Of a stretch of DNA of 64,000 nucleotides, positions 33,218-42,662 are shown piece after piece. This DNA is from Thermostichus sp. DRC_bins_24 (GTDB lineage Bacteria; Cyanobacteriota; Cyanobacteriia; Thermostichales; Thermostichaceae), in the NCBI GenBank assembly GCA_039794845.1, contig JAUQVK010000101.1, positions 33,225-97,224 on the forward strand, read 5' to 3'. Made by a program: the position numbers and the translations under genes. Numbering within the stretch: the stretch's first letter is position 1; each line of letters opens with the position of its first letter. The notes beneath the pieces are model-generated. The model was not told the DNA's origin. It ran no database searches and saw only the letters and a list, made by a program, of their open reading frames with translations.

Positions 33218-34138
33218 GTGAGTCTGGGTCGGGTGCTGACGGCAATGGTTACCCCTTTTACCGCTGGGGGGGATCTCAATTATGACGAAGCCGCTCGTTT
33301 GGCTGACTATTTGGTTACCCATGGCAGCGATGGTTTGGTGGTCTGCGGCACCACCGGCGAGTCTCCCACCCTGACTTGGCAAGAGGAGTTTGAGCTGTTC
33401 CGTGTGGTGCGAGATGCCGTGGCGGGTCGGGCTAAGGTGATTGCCGGGACCGGATCCAACTCCACTCGAGAGGCAGTCGAGGCCACGAAAAAGGCTGCCC
33501 AGTTAGGTTTGGATGGCTCTTTACAAGTGGTGCCCTACTACAACAAGCCCACCCAAGCTGGTTTGTATCAGCATTTTAAGGCCATTGCCGAGGCTAGCGA
33601 CCTGCCGATCCTGCTGTACAACATTCCCGGTCGGACGGGGGCTAGCTTGCAACCAGAAACCGTGGCGAAATTAGCGGAGTTGGAAACGATTGTCGCCATC
33701 AAGGAAGCCAGTGGTATCATGGATGTAGTTTCGGAAATTCGACGACTGACTCCTCCTCGCTTTGGCATCTATTCAGGAGACGACTCTCTGACGCTGCCGA
33801 TTTTGTCCTTAGGAGGTGGTGGCGTGGTTAGTGTAGCCAGTCACTTGGTTGGGTTGCAGTTGCAGGAGTTGATCCAAAGCCATAGCAGAGGGCAGCACGA
33901 TCAAGCCCTGGCCCACCACTTGCGTCTGTTTCCGTTGTTCAAGGCTTTATTCGTCGAGACCAATCCTGTGCCGGTCAAGGCGGCTTTGGAAATGCAGGGC
34001 TGGCGGGTGGGGCAGGTGCGTCCCCCTCTGGCGCCTCTACAGGCTAGCTCTCTACAGGTCTTACGACAGGTGCTCAACGAGATGGGTTTGCTGGCTGAAT
34101 CAAAGGGATCTGAACGAGTTACGGCACAGGTTTCATGA
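33218..34138 (+). CDS. dapA: 4-hydroxy-tetrahydrodipicolinate synthase
   Basis: TAMVTPF, GTTGES, PYYNKP, YNIPGRT, IKEASG; likely GTG start at 33218. Confidence 0.96.
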   Translation: MSLGRVLTAMVTPFTAGGDLNYDEAARLADYLVTHGSDGLVVCGTTGESPTLTWQEEFELFRVVRDAVAGRAKVIAGTGSNSTREAVEATKKAAQLGLDGSLQVVPYYNKPTQAGLYQHFKAIAEASDLPILLYNIPGRTGASLQPETVAKLAELETIVAIKEASGIMDVVSEIRRLTPPRFGIYSGDDSLTLPILSLGGGGVVSVASHLVGLQLQELIQSHSRGQHDQALAHHLRLFPLFKALFVETNPVPVKAALEMQGWRVGQVRPPLAPLQASSLQVLRQVLNEMGLLAESKGSERVTAQVS

Positions 34139-34370
34139 TGGCATTTCTCCAAGTTTTGCCTCTACTATGACTAGGGTTCTTAAGGGTTTACATGGGGTTC
34201 TTCTGTGGCGTTTGACCTGTGGGTAAGTCCTGACCCTAACGTCATTTCACTCTTTCCCAACCCAGGGAATGCACGAGTTGCAGTAGCCGCATCCAGCTTT
34301 CTTTCAAACTTTGCTGGGGTTGGCCTGCGTAGATTTCGGGTTTGTTTTACTGTTGAGGATCTAGACCTTT

Positions 34371-36209
34371 ATGCCAACACCACGTACTTCGGTTGCTTCT
34401 CGTCCTGGGGCTTTGCCCCCCACCTCTCCTGTTCAGATGATCCCGCTGGGGGGCGAACGGGAGATCGGCAAAAACACTTGGGCCTTCCGCTACGAAGACG
34501 ACATTATCCTCCTGGATGCCGGTTTGGCCTTTCCGGATGAGAGCATGCACGGTGTGAACGTCGTGCTGCCGGATATGTCCTATATCAAGCAAAACCGCGA
34601 CAAAGTGCGGGGGATGGTGGTCACCCACGGCCATGAGGATCACATCGGCGGGATCCCTTACCACCTGCGGGAGTTCGATATTCCCGTCATCTACGGCCCT
34701 AAGTTGGCGCTGGCCTTGCTGGAAGAAAAGCTGCGGGATGTGGGTCTGCTCAACCGCACGGAATTGCGCACCGTTGGTCCCCGCGAGATCGTGCCCCTGA
34801 GCAAGCACTTCTTTGCGGAGTTCATCCGCAATACTCACTCGTTTGCCGACAGTTTTACGGTGGCTTTGCACACCCCCGCCGGGGTGATCATCCAAACCGG
34901 GGACTTCAAGATCGACCACACCCCTGTGGATGGGGAGTATTTCGACCTGCAACGGCTGGCAGAGCATGGGGAAAAGGGCGTCTTGTGCCTGATTAGCGAC
35001 TCCACCAACGCCGAAGTGCCGGGATTTACCCCTTCTGAGGCTTCTGTGTTGCCGGGCCTCACCAAAGCGATTGCGGGAGCTAAGGGCCGGGTGATCATCA
35101 CCACCTTCGCCTCTTCGGTACACCGTCTGAATTTGGTGTTGCAGGCTGCCGAACAACAGGGGCGGGTGGTGTCTTTGTTGGGCCGTTCCATGTTGAACGT
35201 GGTGGCTCATGCTCGGCGCTTGGGGTACATCCACTGCAAGGACGAAACCCTGCAGCCGATGCATGTGATCAACAACTTGCCCGATGACCAGGTGATCATT
35301 CTCACCACCGGATCCCAAGGGGAGCCCCTGGCGGCCCTCACCCGCATTGCCAATGGCGAACACCCTCAACTGCAGATCAAGCCCGGCGATACAGTGGTGT
35401 GGTCAGCCAACCCGATTCCCGGCAATGTCATTCCGGTGTCACGGGTGATCGACAAGCTGATGGAGTTGGGGGCCAACGTGATTTACGGCAAAGATAAGGG
35501 CCTGCACGTCTCCGGCCACGGCTGCCAGGAAGACCAAAAGCTAATGTTAGCCCTGACCCGCCCGAAATTCTTCGTGCCCACCCACGGCGAGTACCGCATG
35601 TTGCTCAAGCATGCCGAAACCGCCATGAGTATGGGGATCCCGCGGGAAAACATTGTCATTGTCGACAACGGTGATGTGGTGGAGGTGAGCCAGGATCGTA
35701 TCGCTGTCGTCGACAAGGTGCCTTCTGGCCTACAGATGATGGATGACTCCCGCGCCGGGGTGGTCATGGATAAGGTGCTGCAGGAGCGGCAACAAATCGC
35801 TAAAGATGGCATGGTAACGGTGGTGCTCAGCCTGGATAGGAGCGGCCAGTTGCTCTACACTCCGCAGATCCAAACCTTTGGCCTGGCGGGGGAGGCCAAA
35901 AATCTCAAGGGATCCGCCTTAAAACCGCTGTTGGAGGAGACTCTCCAACAGGAATGGCCTCGCTTTGCCCGATCGTTAGAACGGGGCAGCGTGGATATCG
36001 ACTGGGCTGGCCTCAAGGGAGAACTGGAGCGGGTGGTGCGTCGCTTTGTGCGGGAGCAGATGCTGAGTAAACCCACGGTGGTGGTCTTTGTCCAATCCCC
36101 CGAGCAGGAATCAGCCCCTTCTCTGCCGGCGTCTGGTTCCCGACAGGAACGGGTAGCGGATGCTTCTTCGCGGCGGCGGCGCTCCTCGACGGCTGTGGTG
36201 GCCTCCTAG
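34371..36209 (+). CDS. rnj: ribonuclease J
   Basis: EIGKN, THGHEDHIG, TGDFK, DSTNA, HVSGH, P.HGE. Confidence 0.95.
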   Translation: MPTPRTSVASRPGALPPTSPVQMIPLGGEREIGKNTWAFRYEDDIILLDAGLAFPDESMHGVNVVLPDMSYIKQNRDKVRGMVVTHGHEDHIGGIPYHLREFDIPVIYGPKLALALLEEKLRDVGLLNRTELRTVGPREIVPLSKHFFAEFIRNTHSFADSFTVALHTPAGVIIQTGDFKIDHTPVDGEYFDLQRLAEHGEKGVLCLISDSTNAEVPGFTPSEASVLPGLTKAIAGAKGRVIITTFASSVHRLNLVLQAAEQQGRVVSLLGRSMLNVVAHARRLGYIHCKDETLQPMHVINNLPDDQVIILTTGSQGEPLAALTRIANGEHPQLQIKPGDTVVWSANPIPGNVIPVSRVIDKLMELGANVIYGKDKGLHVSGHGCQEDQKLMLALTRPKFFVPTHGEYRMLLKHAETAMSMGIPRENIVIVDNGDVVEVSQDRIAVVDKVPSGLQMMDDSRAGVVMDKVLQERQQIAKDGMVTVVLSLDRSGQLLYTPQIQTFGLAGEAKNLKGSALKPLLEETLQQEWPRFARSLERGSVDIDWAGLKGELERVVRRFVREQMLSKPTVVVFVQSPEQESAPSLPASGSRQERVADASSRRRRSSTAVVAS

Positions 36210-36253
36210 AACCGGCCCCTGGGCTACGCCAGAGTGGTCCTCGCGAACATTCG

Positions 36254-36279
36254 GGATCCCTACAAGGGATCCTATTTTT
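36254..36279 (+). terminator. putative terminator between convergent genes, built from two HIP-like motifs
   Basis: GGATCCC-tacaa-GGGATCC-TATTTTT. Confidence 0.45.
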
Positions 36280-37291
36280 CATCCGGGAAATTTCTCAGCC
36301 AGGACTCCATCTCGCTGACGCGATCAGCCCCATCCAGTTCCGGCAGGGATCCCCTCTCGGTGAAAGGGGGACAAGTGGATTGCGGGGGAGTGGGTTGCTG
36401 AATGGCTCTCAAGAAAACATCGGCCAAGTCGGCATAACCTCGGTCATTGGGGTGAAAGCCATCGGCAATTGGCCCAGGGAAAAAGGAGTCGCGGCTGTAG
36501 GAGCGTGGATCGCAGAGCACATCCACCACCGGGATCCCCTGCTGGCTGAGGGGGTTAATGACCCGTTGACTCAGGCCAAGGGAAACCGTAGCCAACAGTT
36601 GGCGCACACTGCCGGGTTGCTGTTGCCCCAAAGGGATCAGGGCAAAGTTGGGTAGGTTGGCCACCACAATGCGGGCCTGTGGGGCACGGGCGCGGATCCC
36701 TTGCAGCAGCGTTTGGTAGTCGGTGGCAAATTGCTCGATTTGACGGTCGATAAAAGAAAAGGGATCCCCTCCCGCTAGGGCAAAGCGAGCGGCCGCCAGG
36801 GTAATGGCGTTGGTGTCGTTCCCTCCGATCCAGAGGGTAACCAGGGTGGTTTCGGGGGGAATGCGCGGCACTTGATCTTGTAACAAATTGGCCGGGATAG
36901 ACGGCCCCAAAGCTTGAATCTCTGGGCTGATCACCGCCCCTGAACGGCCCAAGTTGGTCAGCAGAACCGGTGGCGGCAAAGATTGGGCCAGACGGGGCAC
37001 ATAGCCGGTTCCATTGGGGCACTCCAGGGGATCCGATCGCTGCGGTCGGGTTCCGGCCAGGTTGGCGGGGCCATCACAGGAAACGGACGCATTGATACCA
37101 ACCGCATCGCTAGCCCCCAGAGCCGTGTAACGGGTGAGGGTGGGCGGGCGGGTCACCACCGACTCGGAGCCTCCAGAACAGGCGACTAAACCCAAACTGA
37201 GGGTGAGGGTTAAGGCCAGAAGCAATCCAGTCCAGCGCTGTCGGGTTACCGCTCGGGAGAATGGGGGATCCCCTAACGTATTGACACTCAT
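36272..37291 (-). CDS. SGNH/GDSL hydrolase lipoprotein
   Basis: Lipobox LVAC; Y.ALGAS, NLG.SGA, GGND, DGFHPN..GY. Confidence 0.85.
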   Translation of the reverse strand: MSVNTLGDPPFSRAVTRQRWTGLLLALTLTLSLGLVACSGGSESVVTRPPTLTRYTALGASDAVGINASVSCDGPANLAGTRPQRSDPLECPNGTGYVPRLAQSLPPPVLLTNLGRSGAVISPEIQALGPSIPANLLQDQVPRIPPETTLVTLWIGGNDTNAITLAAARFALAGGDPFSFIDRQIEQFATDYQTLLQGIRARAPQARIVVANLPNFALIPLGQQQPGSVRQLLATVSLGLSQRVINPLSQQGIPVVDVLCDPRSYSRDSFFPGPIADGFHPNDRGYADLADVFLRAIQQPTPPQSTCPPFTERGSLPELDGADRVSEMESWLRNFPDEK

Positions 37292-37452
37292 CGACTCTGT
37301 TTCCCTCTTGCGACCTGCGGTTGCTCACCGCCAGCGGCGAGGTCCATGAAACACCTAGGGCATCCTAGCCAAGAATATGAAGCGGGCTATTCCTGTGGAA
37401 GGCTGTTGCAGCTCCAGCGGCCAAGAAAGGGAGCAGCGAGTATCGTGGGAGT

Positions 37453-38742
37453 ATGGCGCTGCGTTTTTGCAAGTCCCGCACCTATCACGATCCCCTGCAC
37501 GGAGCCATCAGCCTCGATGGAGGGGATGCAGTTGAGGCACTGCTCATTCGCCTGATCGATACCCCCGCCTTCCAGCGCCTGCGTCGGATTCGCCAGCTGG
37601 ACACCGCCTTTTTCACGTTCCATGGGGCGGAGGGATCCCGGTTTACCCATTCAGTGGGGGTATTGCACATCGCCCGGCGACTGTTCGACAAATTGGCCCG
37701 CCGCTACGTGGAGTTGCGCCCCTATCGAGCCGTGACCCTTGCCTCTGCCCTGCTGCACGATATCGGCCATAGCCCCTTTAGCCACGCCGGGGAGGAGATC
37801 TTCGGTTGCCACCACGAAGTCTGGACAGCTCGCATTTTACAAGAGGATCCCCAGGTGTCTTCGTTGCTGGCGGAGTTTGATCCTCAGCTTCCGACCCAGA
37901 TGCAGCAGGTGTTGCAGAAGCAGTTTCCCTTGCCGCTGGTGGGGCAGCTGATCTCCAGCCAGCTGGACTGCGACCGCTTCGATTACCTCATGCGCGATAG
38001 CCTGCTCACCGGTGCTCAGTACGGCCATCTGGATTTGGATCGGATTGTAACGGTGCTGGATTATGACCCGGAAACGGGATCCCTTGCCATTCCGGCCCGC
38101 AAAGGCTTGGGGGCAATCGAACATTACTTGGTGGTGCGCTATTTCATGTACACCCAGGTGTACCAGCACCCAAAAAGTTTGTGTGCCCGCTTCATTCTGG
38201 ATCGGCTGTTCAAACGGGCGCAGTTGTTGTTGCAAAAAGGGGAACTGGAACTGGATCCCGTCTTGACGGCTTGGTCTTGGGCTTCGCTGGCCGCCCAAAA
38301 AGGGGATCCCTTTGATTTGCCCTTGCCCCTCTACCTAGCGGCGGATGATGTGCTCTTTAGCTATCCGTTGCGCTTTTGGGCGATGTTTGCGGTTGACCCC
38401 ATTTTGTCGGATCTGTCGCGGCGCTACCTGGATCGGGATTTGTTTAAGGCCCGTAACCTCTCCCACTTGCCCGAAGACCGGCGAGAAAAACTGCTCGCCA
38501 CCGTCAGCGAGAAAATGCTGCGGGATGGACTGGATCCCGAAAGTTACCTAGGGATCCGCTCAGCCCACACCCAGGGCTACAGCCTCTACGCCCAAGGGAT
38601 CCAACTAAAAACCGACCGAGGTTACGAAGAAATTGCCGATCTCTCCCCCCTAGTGCGCTCCCTTGTAGAAACCCAACTGCAAGTCTGGTTGATCTTTCCC
38701 CGCCCCTACAGCGATATCGTCGAGGGGTTTTTGTATGCCTAA
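37453..38742 (+). CDS. HD-domain phosphohydrolase (dNTPase-like)
   Basis: DP.HG, FQRLRRIRQL, SRFTHS.G, LHDIGH.PFSH, D.DR.DYL.RD. Confidence 0.9.
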   Translation: MALRFCKSRTYHDPLHGAISLDGGDAVEALLIRLIDTPAFQRLRRIRQLDTAFFTFHGAEGSRFTHSVGVLHIARRLFDKLARRYVELRPYRAVTLASALLHDIGHSPFSHAGEEIFGCHHEVWTARILQEDPQVSSLLAEFDPQLPTQMQQVLQKQFPLPLVGQLISSQLDCDRFDYLMRDSLLTGAQYGHLDLDRIVTVLDYDPETGSLAIPARKGLGAIEHYLVVRYFMYTQVYQHPKSLCARFILDRLFKRAQLLLQKGELELDPVLTAWSWASLAAQKGDPFDLPLPLYLAADDVLFSYPLRFWAMFAVDPILSDLSRRYLDRDLFKARNLSHLPEDRREKLLATVSEKMLRDGLDPESYLGIRSAHTQGYSLYAQGIQLKTDRGYEEIADLSPLVRSLVETQLQVWLIFPRPYSDIVEGFLYA

Positions 38743-38766
38743 TGCACTTCAGATGGGAATGGGCGG
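38640..38766 (+). repeat. direct repeat B, copy 1 (HD gene 3' end plus 24 bp)
   Basis: 122/127 identical to 41216-41342. Confidence 0.95.
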
Positions 38767-38836
38767 AGCCTTTCGAGACTTATTGAGCGTGGAGTCGGGA
38801 TCTGCTCGGTAACCATCGGGTCCCTTACCAGGCTAG

Positions 38837-39364
38837 CTAAGCCGTAGGGGGCCACAGATGTCTAAACTTGAATCCAGTCAGGGGAGTAGACTGTACTTTC
38901 TCGATGAAACCATCGGTTACATAGGTGCGAACCAGCCGGGTTTCGGGAACCTTGAAGATGATATTATCTCCAATTTTATCCAGGCAGAATGCGGGCCGAG
39001 TGATGGAGCTGCGGTTTCGCCTTTGTGTCTCTTCTTTGTCCAAAACATCAATAATATTGGTAACGTTATAGGCGAAGCAAGTATCTTCCCCTTCATAAAT
39101 GAGCGGTAATAATTCCCCATTAGCCAATAAAATATCTCCGAGCAGGTCAACAGCCCTTTGGCTAACGACACTTCCAATCAAACCTGTAAAACAAGCTGGG
39201 AAGTCACTTTTTGGCCTGCTTTCATGATCTGGAATCAATGTGATTTTCAATGGGCTCCAACTAGTAATAGGATCCCCGTTGCAAAAAACTGGGTTTTCAA
39301 GTGATTCGTCAGAAAGAAATCCTTGGTAAACATTGGCGTCAGGATAAAGCTCGTAAACATTCAT
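38837..39364 (-). CDS. Imm11 (DUF1629)-like immunity protein
   Basis: SDFP...VVSQRA.DLL...GELLPL...YNVTNIID.LD...IFK.PE...YVTD.F...V....LTGF.F; AAGGAG RBS; immediately downstream of the AHH toxin. Confidence 0.78.
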   Translation of the reverse strand: MNVYELYPDANVYQGFLSDESLENPVFCNGDPITSWSPLKITLIPDHESRPKSDFPACFTGLIGSVVSQRAVDLLGDILLANGELLPLIYEGEDTCFAYNVTNIIDVLDKEETQRRNRSSITRPAFCLDKIGDNIIFKVPETRLVRTYVTDGFIEKVQSTPLTGFKFRHLWPPTA

Positions 39365-39390
39365 GGATATCTCCTTCACTTGGTCAGGGG

Positions 39391-40971
39391 CTATAAAATT
39401 GGAAAGGCTCGGTTGAGTAGTTGCTGCCTAATCTCTTCCAGTTCCTGTAACACTCCTTGTTTCCCGCCTGAAGCATCTTTCTCTGTTAGTCTGTTCCGCA
39501 CCTCCAGATGATAAACTATCGTATGAAGTGAAGCATGAGGCATTCCTTCCACTTGAGTTACTGAAGAGTCTGCGGGCAGAGGAACACCATTTTCTGCAGA
39601 GTTGATATCGATCCCATGCTTAGCTAGTATTCCGCGAGATTTTTCGGCATTAGCATCGTTCACAGCAACAATGTGATGGGCTTCTGCACCGCAAGGTAAT
39701 CTTTGATTGGTTGCCAGTTCAATCGCTCTTGCTAGTTTGGCTGAGTCACTGTTACCCGAAGCAGCAGGCCGCCGACACTCAATCAGAATGGTCAAATCTT
39801 CATCCTGGTCTAAGGCTTTACTGCCTTCGAAAATGCCTCTGGAAGCAGGTGAAGAAGATCCCAGAGGGCTGGGGCTTAGTTCTACATCATCGATTTGAAA
39901 GCCTAATGTACTTGGCTTTACTCTCCCTCCGGAGAGGCCCTTAATTGTTAAATGACTGTTATAAGAATCGAGATTAACTAAATTGCTCTCTACATAGCTC
40001 TCACCCAGAGCAATGTCATCTTCTGTTTGAATTGAACCCTGATTAGGCCCCGATAGAGCCTCTAATCTTAGCGCTATTTTGTCTCCATCTTGCAAAAGAC
40101 CGTTGTCTTGATACTTTATTTTGAAACTGTAGCTGCTTACAATCAACCGGGCAGGAATATTCTCTACATATTCAGATGGGACATCAGGGTCTAAGTTGAT
40201 CTCCACGGTCACCACGCGAGGGAACACGTTCCCCCCTGGAGAGAGGTTAAAACCTCTCGTACTTGTCCCTGATATGACCTGGCTAGGGTCAATACCAAAA
40301 CGTACCGTGGTAACTGGTACAACTCCATCGCTGTAGGCAATAATCTCGAGCTTATTCTTTCCTGGCTTGATTGGAACAATGACTTTCCCTGCATCTGAAC
40401 TCAGGGGACTGGGGAGAACCAGCCGTTTTAAGAACGTACTCGAAGAGGTATTTTCATGCTGTACAGTAATATCTACGATGTCACCATCTACAATTGGGGA
40501 GCCTGTTCTTGGATTGATCCCTGCATCCCAGAAGTACACAATAACTTCATCTGTATTGACGGTTAATTGAGGCGTTAGTATCCTTGCCTCATGTTTTTTG
40601 TCTTTATCTATGAGCTTGGGTTCAATACAGCTTTCAAGCTCAGGTGGAACAGGCTCTGTTGGCTCGAGTTCGACATCACAAGAGGGCGGTGGGGTTGGAC
40701 GATAGCAAACATTCTCCCCGACTTGGTTGCATGCGCACCCAGGTGGCTTATGGCACTGAAAGTTTGCGTTAATGCAGGTATCACCACAAGCTTTGCCAAC
40801 GACACATCTTCTGCAACACGTATCACAGGGTACTGGTACTCCATTGCCAGAACGGCTCACAGAAGGAGCTTGAACCTCAGGCAAACTCCCTATCGTGGTT
40901 GGACCCCCCCCGCAAGCATAAAGTGTCAGCAAAGAAAAGAGGAGTATAAATAACGTTAGATACTTGCGCAT
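39391..40971 (-). CDS. lipoprotein with Cys-rich domain, two beta-rich repeats and a C-terminal AHH (HNH/EndoVII-fold) nuclease toxin domain
   Basis: Lipobox LYA-C20; CCRRC..GKACGDTCI...C.K.PGCAC; AHHIV...GIDINSAENGV.LP...H...H...Y...V..RL. Confidence 0.85.
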   Translation of the reverse strand: MRKYLTLFILLFSLLTLYACGGGPTTIGSLPEVQAPSVSRSGNGVPVPCDTCCRRCVVGKACGDTCINANFQCHKPPGCACNQVGENVCYRPTPPPSCDVELEPTEPVPPELESCIEPKLIDKDKKHEARILTPQLTVNTDEVIVYFWDAGINPRTGSPIVDGDIVDITVQHENTSSSTFLKRLVLPSPLSSDAGKVIVPIKPGKNKLEIIAYSDGVVPVTTVRFGIDPSQVISGTSTRGFNLSPGGNVFPRVVTVEINLDPDVPSEYVENIPARLIVSSYSFKIKYQDNGLLQDGDKIALRLEALSGPNQGSIQTEDDIALGESYVESNLVNLDSYNSHLTIKGLSGGRVKPSTLGFQIDDVELSPSPLGSSSPASRGIFEGSKALDQDEDLTILIECRRPAASGNSDSAKLARAIELATNQRLPCGAEAHHIVAVNDANAEKSRGILAKHGIDINSAENGVPLPADSSVTQVEGMPHASLHTIVYHLEVRNRLTEKDASGGKQGVLQELEEIRQQLLNRAFPIL

Positions 40972-41215
40972 AACCGTTATTGGCTGGAGATATTTGCCTC
41001 AAAACTAAGTCGTTTTACAGGCCCATGCAAGCCTGAACTCATCTTTATTTTAATTTTTATTTTGCTTGATTTGAAATGATTAAGTGAATTAGCAAAGGGA
41101 TTTACTACTGATTAGGTATTTGATATTTTGATTCACAAATTACTTGCAATTCTTTCTCTTCCCAGTATCGGCTTTCCCCGCGCTCTGCCAAAGGCAATGT
41201 AGCGTTGGTTTCGTT

Positions 41216-41342
41216 TCTCTCCCCCTTGGTGCGCTCCCTTGTGGAAACCCAACTGCAAGTCTGGTTGATCTTTCCCCGCCCCTACAGCGATATCGTGGAG
41301 GGGTTTTTGTATGCCTAATGCGCTTCAGATGGGAATGGGCGG
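41216..41342 (+). repeat. direct repeat B, copy 2 (displaced HD gene 3' end)
   Basis: Continues directly into the RBS and start of the GT2 gene. Confidence 0.95.
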
Positions 41343-41351
41343 GAGAACGAC

Positions 41352-42554
41352 ATGTTGGAGGGCTTAGTGGGGGGGCAGGCTGGGATCCCTGGCTTACTTA
41401 TGGGGGTGCTGTCGATGACCGCCCTCCTGATTGGGCTGGTGGCCTTGCGGCTGTGGCGAGCTTTGGCGGCTTCCCCCTGGCTGACCGATGTCCCTGAAAA
41501 CAAAAACACCGAGGTTGCTGAGGCGATGGCGCGTGTGGCGGTGATCGTGCCCGCCTACAACGAAGCAGACAATGTGGTGGACTGCCTGACCAGCATTCTG
41601 GAAAGTACCTCGGCTCCGCTGCAGGTGTGGTTGGTGGATGATGACTCTACCGATGCCACCTGGGATTTGGCCCAAGCCTTGGCTGCCGACCGACCAGATC
41701 CGCGGCTGCATTTGTTAAAAGGGGATCCCCGGCCAGAGGGGCAGGTGTGGGTGGGCAAAAACTGGGCCTGTGCTCAGGCGGTTGCCGTCATTGAGGCAGA
41801 CTATCTGCTGTTTCTCGACTGTGATGTGCGGCTGGGATCCGGCGCGATCGAGGCAGCTCTGATGCAGCTGCTGGAAAGCGACAGTGGCTTGGTCACCGTG
41901 GGGCCGCAGTTGGTGTGTGGTTGCCTGGCGGAATGGCTGGTTCAGCCGATCATGATGACCCTTCTGGCGGTGGGGTACAACTTTGCCGCCGTCAACGATC
42001 CGGATACCCCAAAAGCCTTTGCCTTCGGGCCCTTTATGTTGTTCCGTCGCCTCGCCTACGAACAAATTGGCGGACACGCCGGGGTAGCCGATGTGGTGGT
42101 GGAAGATGTCACCTTGGGCCAGCGCATCAAAGCCAGTGGATTGGGACTGAAGCTACGCTTAGGTGGAGAACGGGTTCGCAGCCGCATGTATGCCGACGGG
42201 GCCGCCCTCTGGGAAGGTTGGACGAAAAACTGGTTTTTGGGTTTGGAGCGCAACTGGTTGCTGGCCCTGTTGGCCATGGTCACGATTTTGGTGATTTGCA
42301 GTTTGCCTTGGCTGGGGTTGATCCTGGCTTTGGCCACCCAATCTCTGGGGGTGCTGTTGGCCAGTTTGGCCGGGATCACGGCTCAACTGGGGATTCGACT
42401 GCTGCTCAGGCATTGGGCCCACTTGCCGCTACGCTACTGGTGGCTGACGGCGGTGGGGGGATGGGTAACGGCTGCCATCGTTTTGGCCTCGGCGATTCGC
42501 ACCAGCACCGGACGCAACTGGACTTGGCGGGGCCGATCTTTGGCCACCCCCTAA
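41352..42554 (+). CDS. family 2 glycosyltransferase (membrane-bound)
   Basis: VIVPAYNE, VDD.STD.T, W.GK.WAC, D.D, ED, W.GW.KN, W.WRGR. Confidence 0.88.
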   Translation: MLEGLVGGQAGIPGLLMGVLSMTALLIGLVALRLWRALAASPWLTDVPENKNTEVAEAMARVAVIVPAYNEADNVVDCLTSILESTSAPLQVWLVDDDSTDATWDLAQALAADRPDPRLHLLKGDPRPEGQVWVGKNWACAQAVAVIEADYLLFLDCDVRLGSGAIEAALMQLLESDSGLVTVGPQLVCGCLAEWLVQPIMMTLLAVGYNFAAVNDPDTPKAFAFGPFMLFRRLAYEQIGGHAGVADVVVEDVTLGQRIKASGLGLKLRLGGERVRSRMYADGAALWEGWTKNWFLGLERNWLLALLAMVTILVICSLPWLGLILALATQSLGVLLASLAGITAQLGIRLLLRHWAHLPLRYWWLTAVGGWVTAAIVLASAIRTSTGRNWTWRGRSLATP

Positions 42555-42662
42555 CCGGCTCAACAAACTTACAGCGGGCACCCCGAACATGGTCTAATGG
42601 GGGGTGTTTGGGGCGGTTTCGGTGCTCCCCAGTTGGGCTCACGAACGGTGGAATAGCGAGAT

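Larger units (their letters stand above)
38767..41215. mobile_element. integrase-less genomic islet carrying a toxin-immunity pair
   Basis: Flanked by repeat B; visibly AT-richer than the flanks; no perfect GGGATCCC found. Confidence 0.85.

Noticed and set aside
34347..35369. 340-aa minus-strand ORF (likewise 60586-61518 and 41915-42823)
   Set aside because: Antisense or off-frame overlaps of clearly identified genes.
41352..42554. Assigning the GT2 gene as cruG or hpnB
   Set aside because: The motifs fit the wider family; a specific ortholog cannot be determined without a search.
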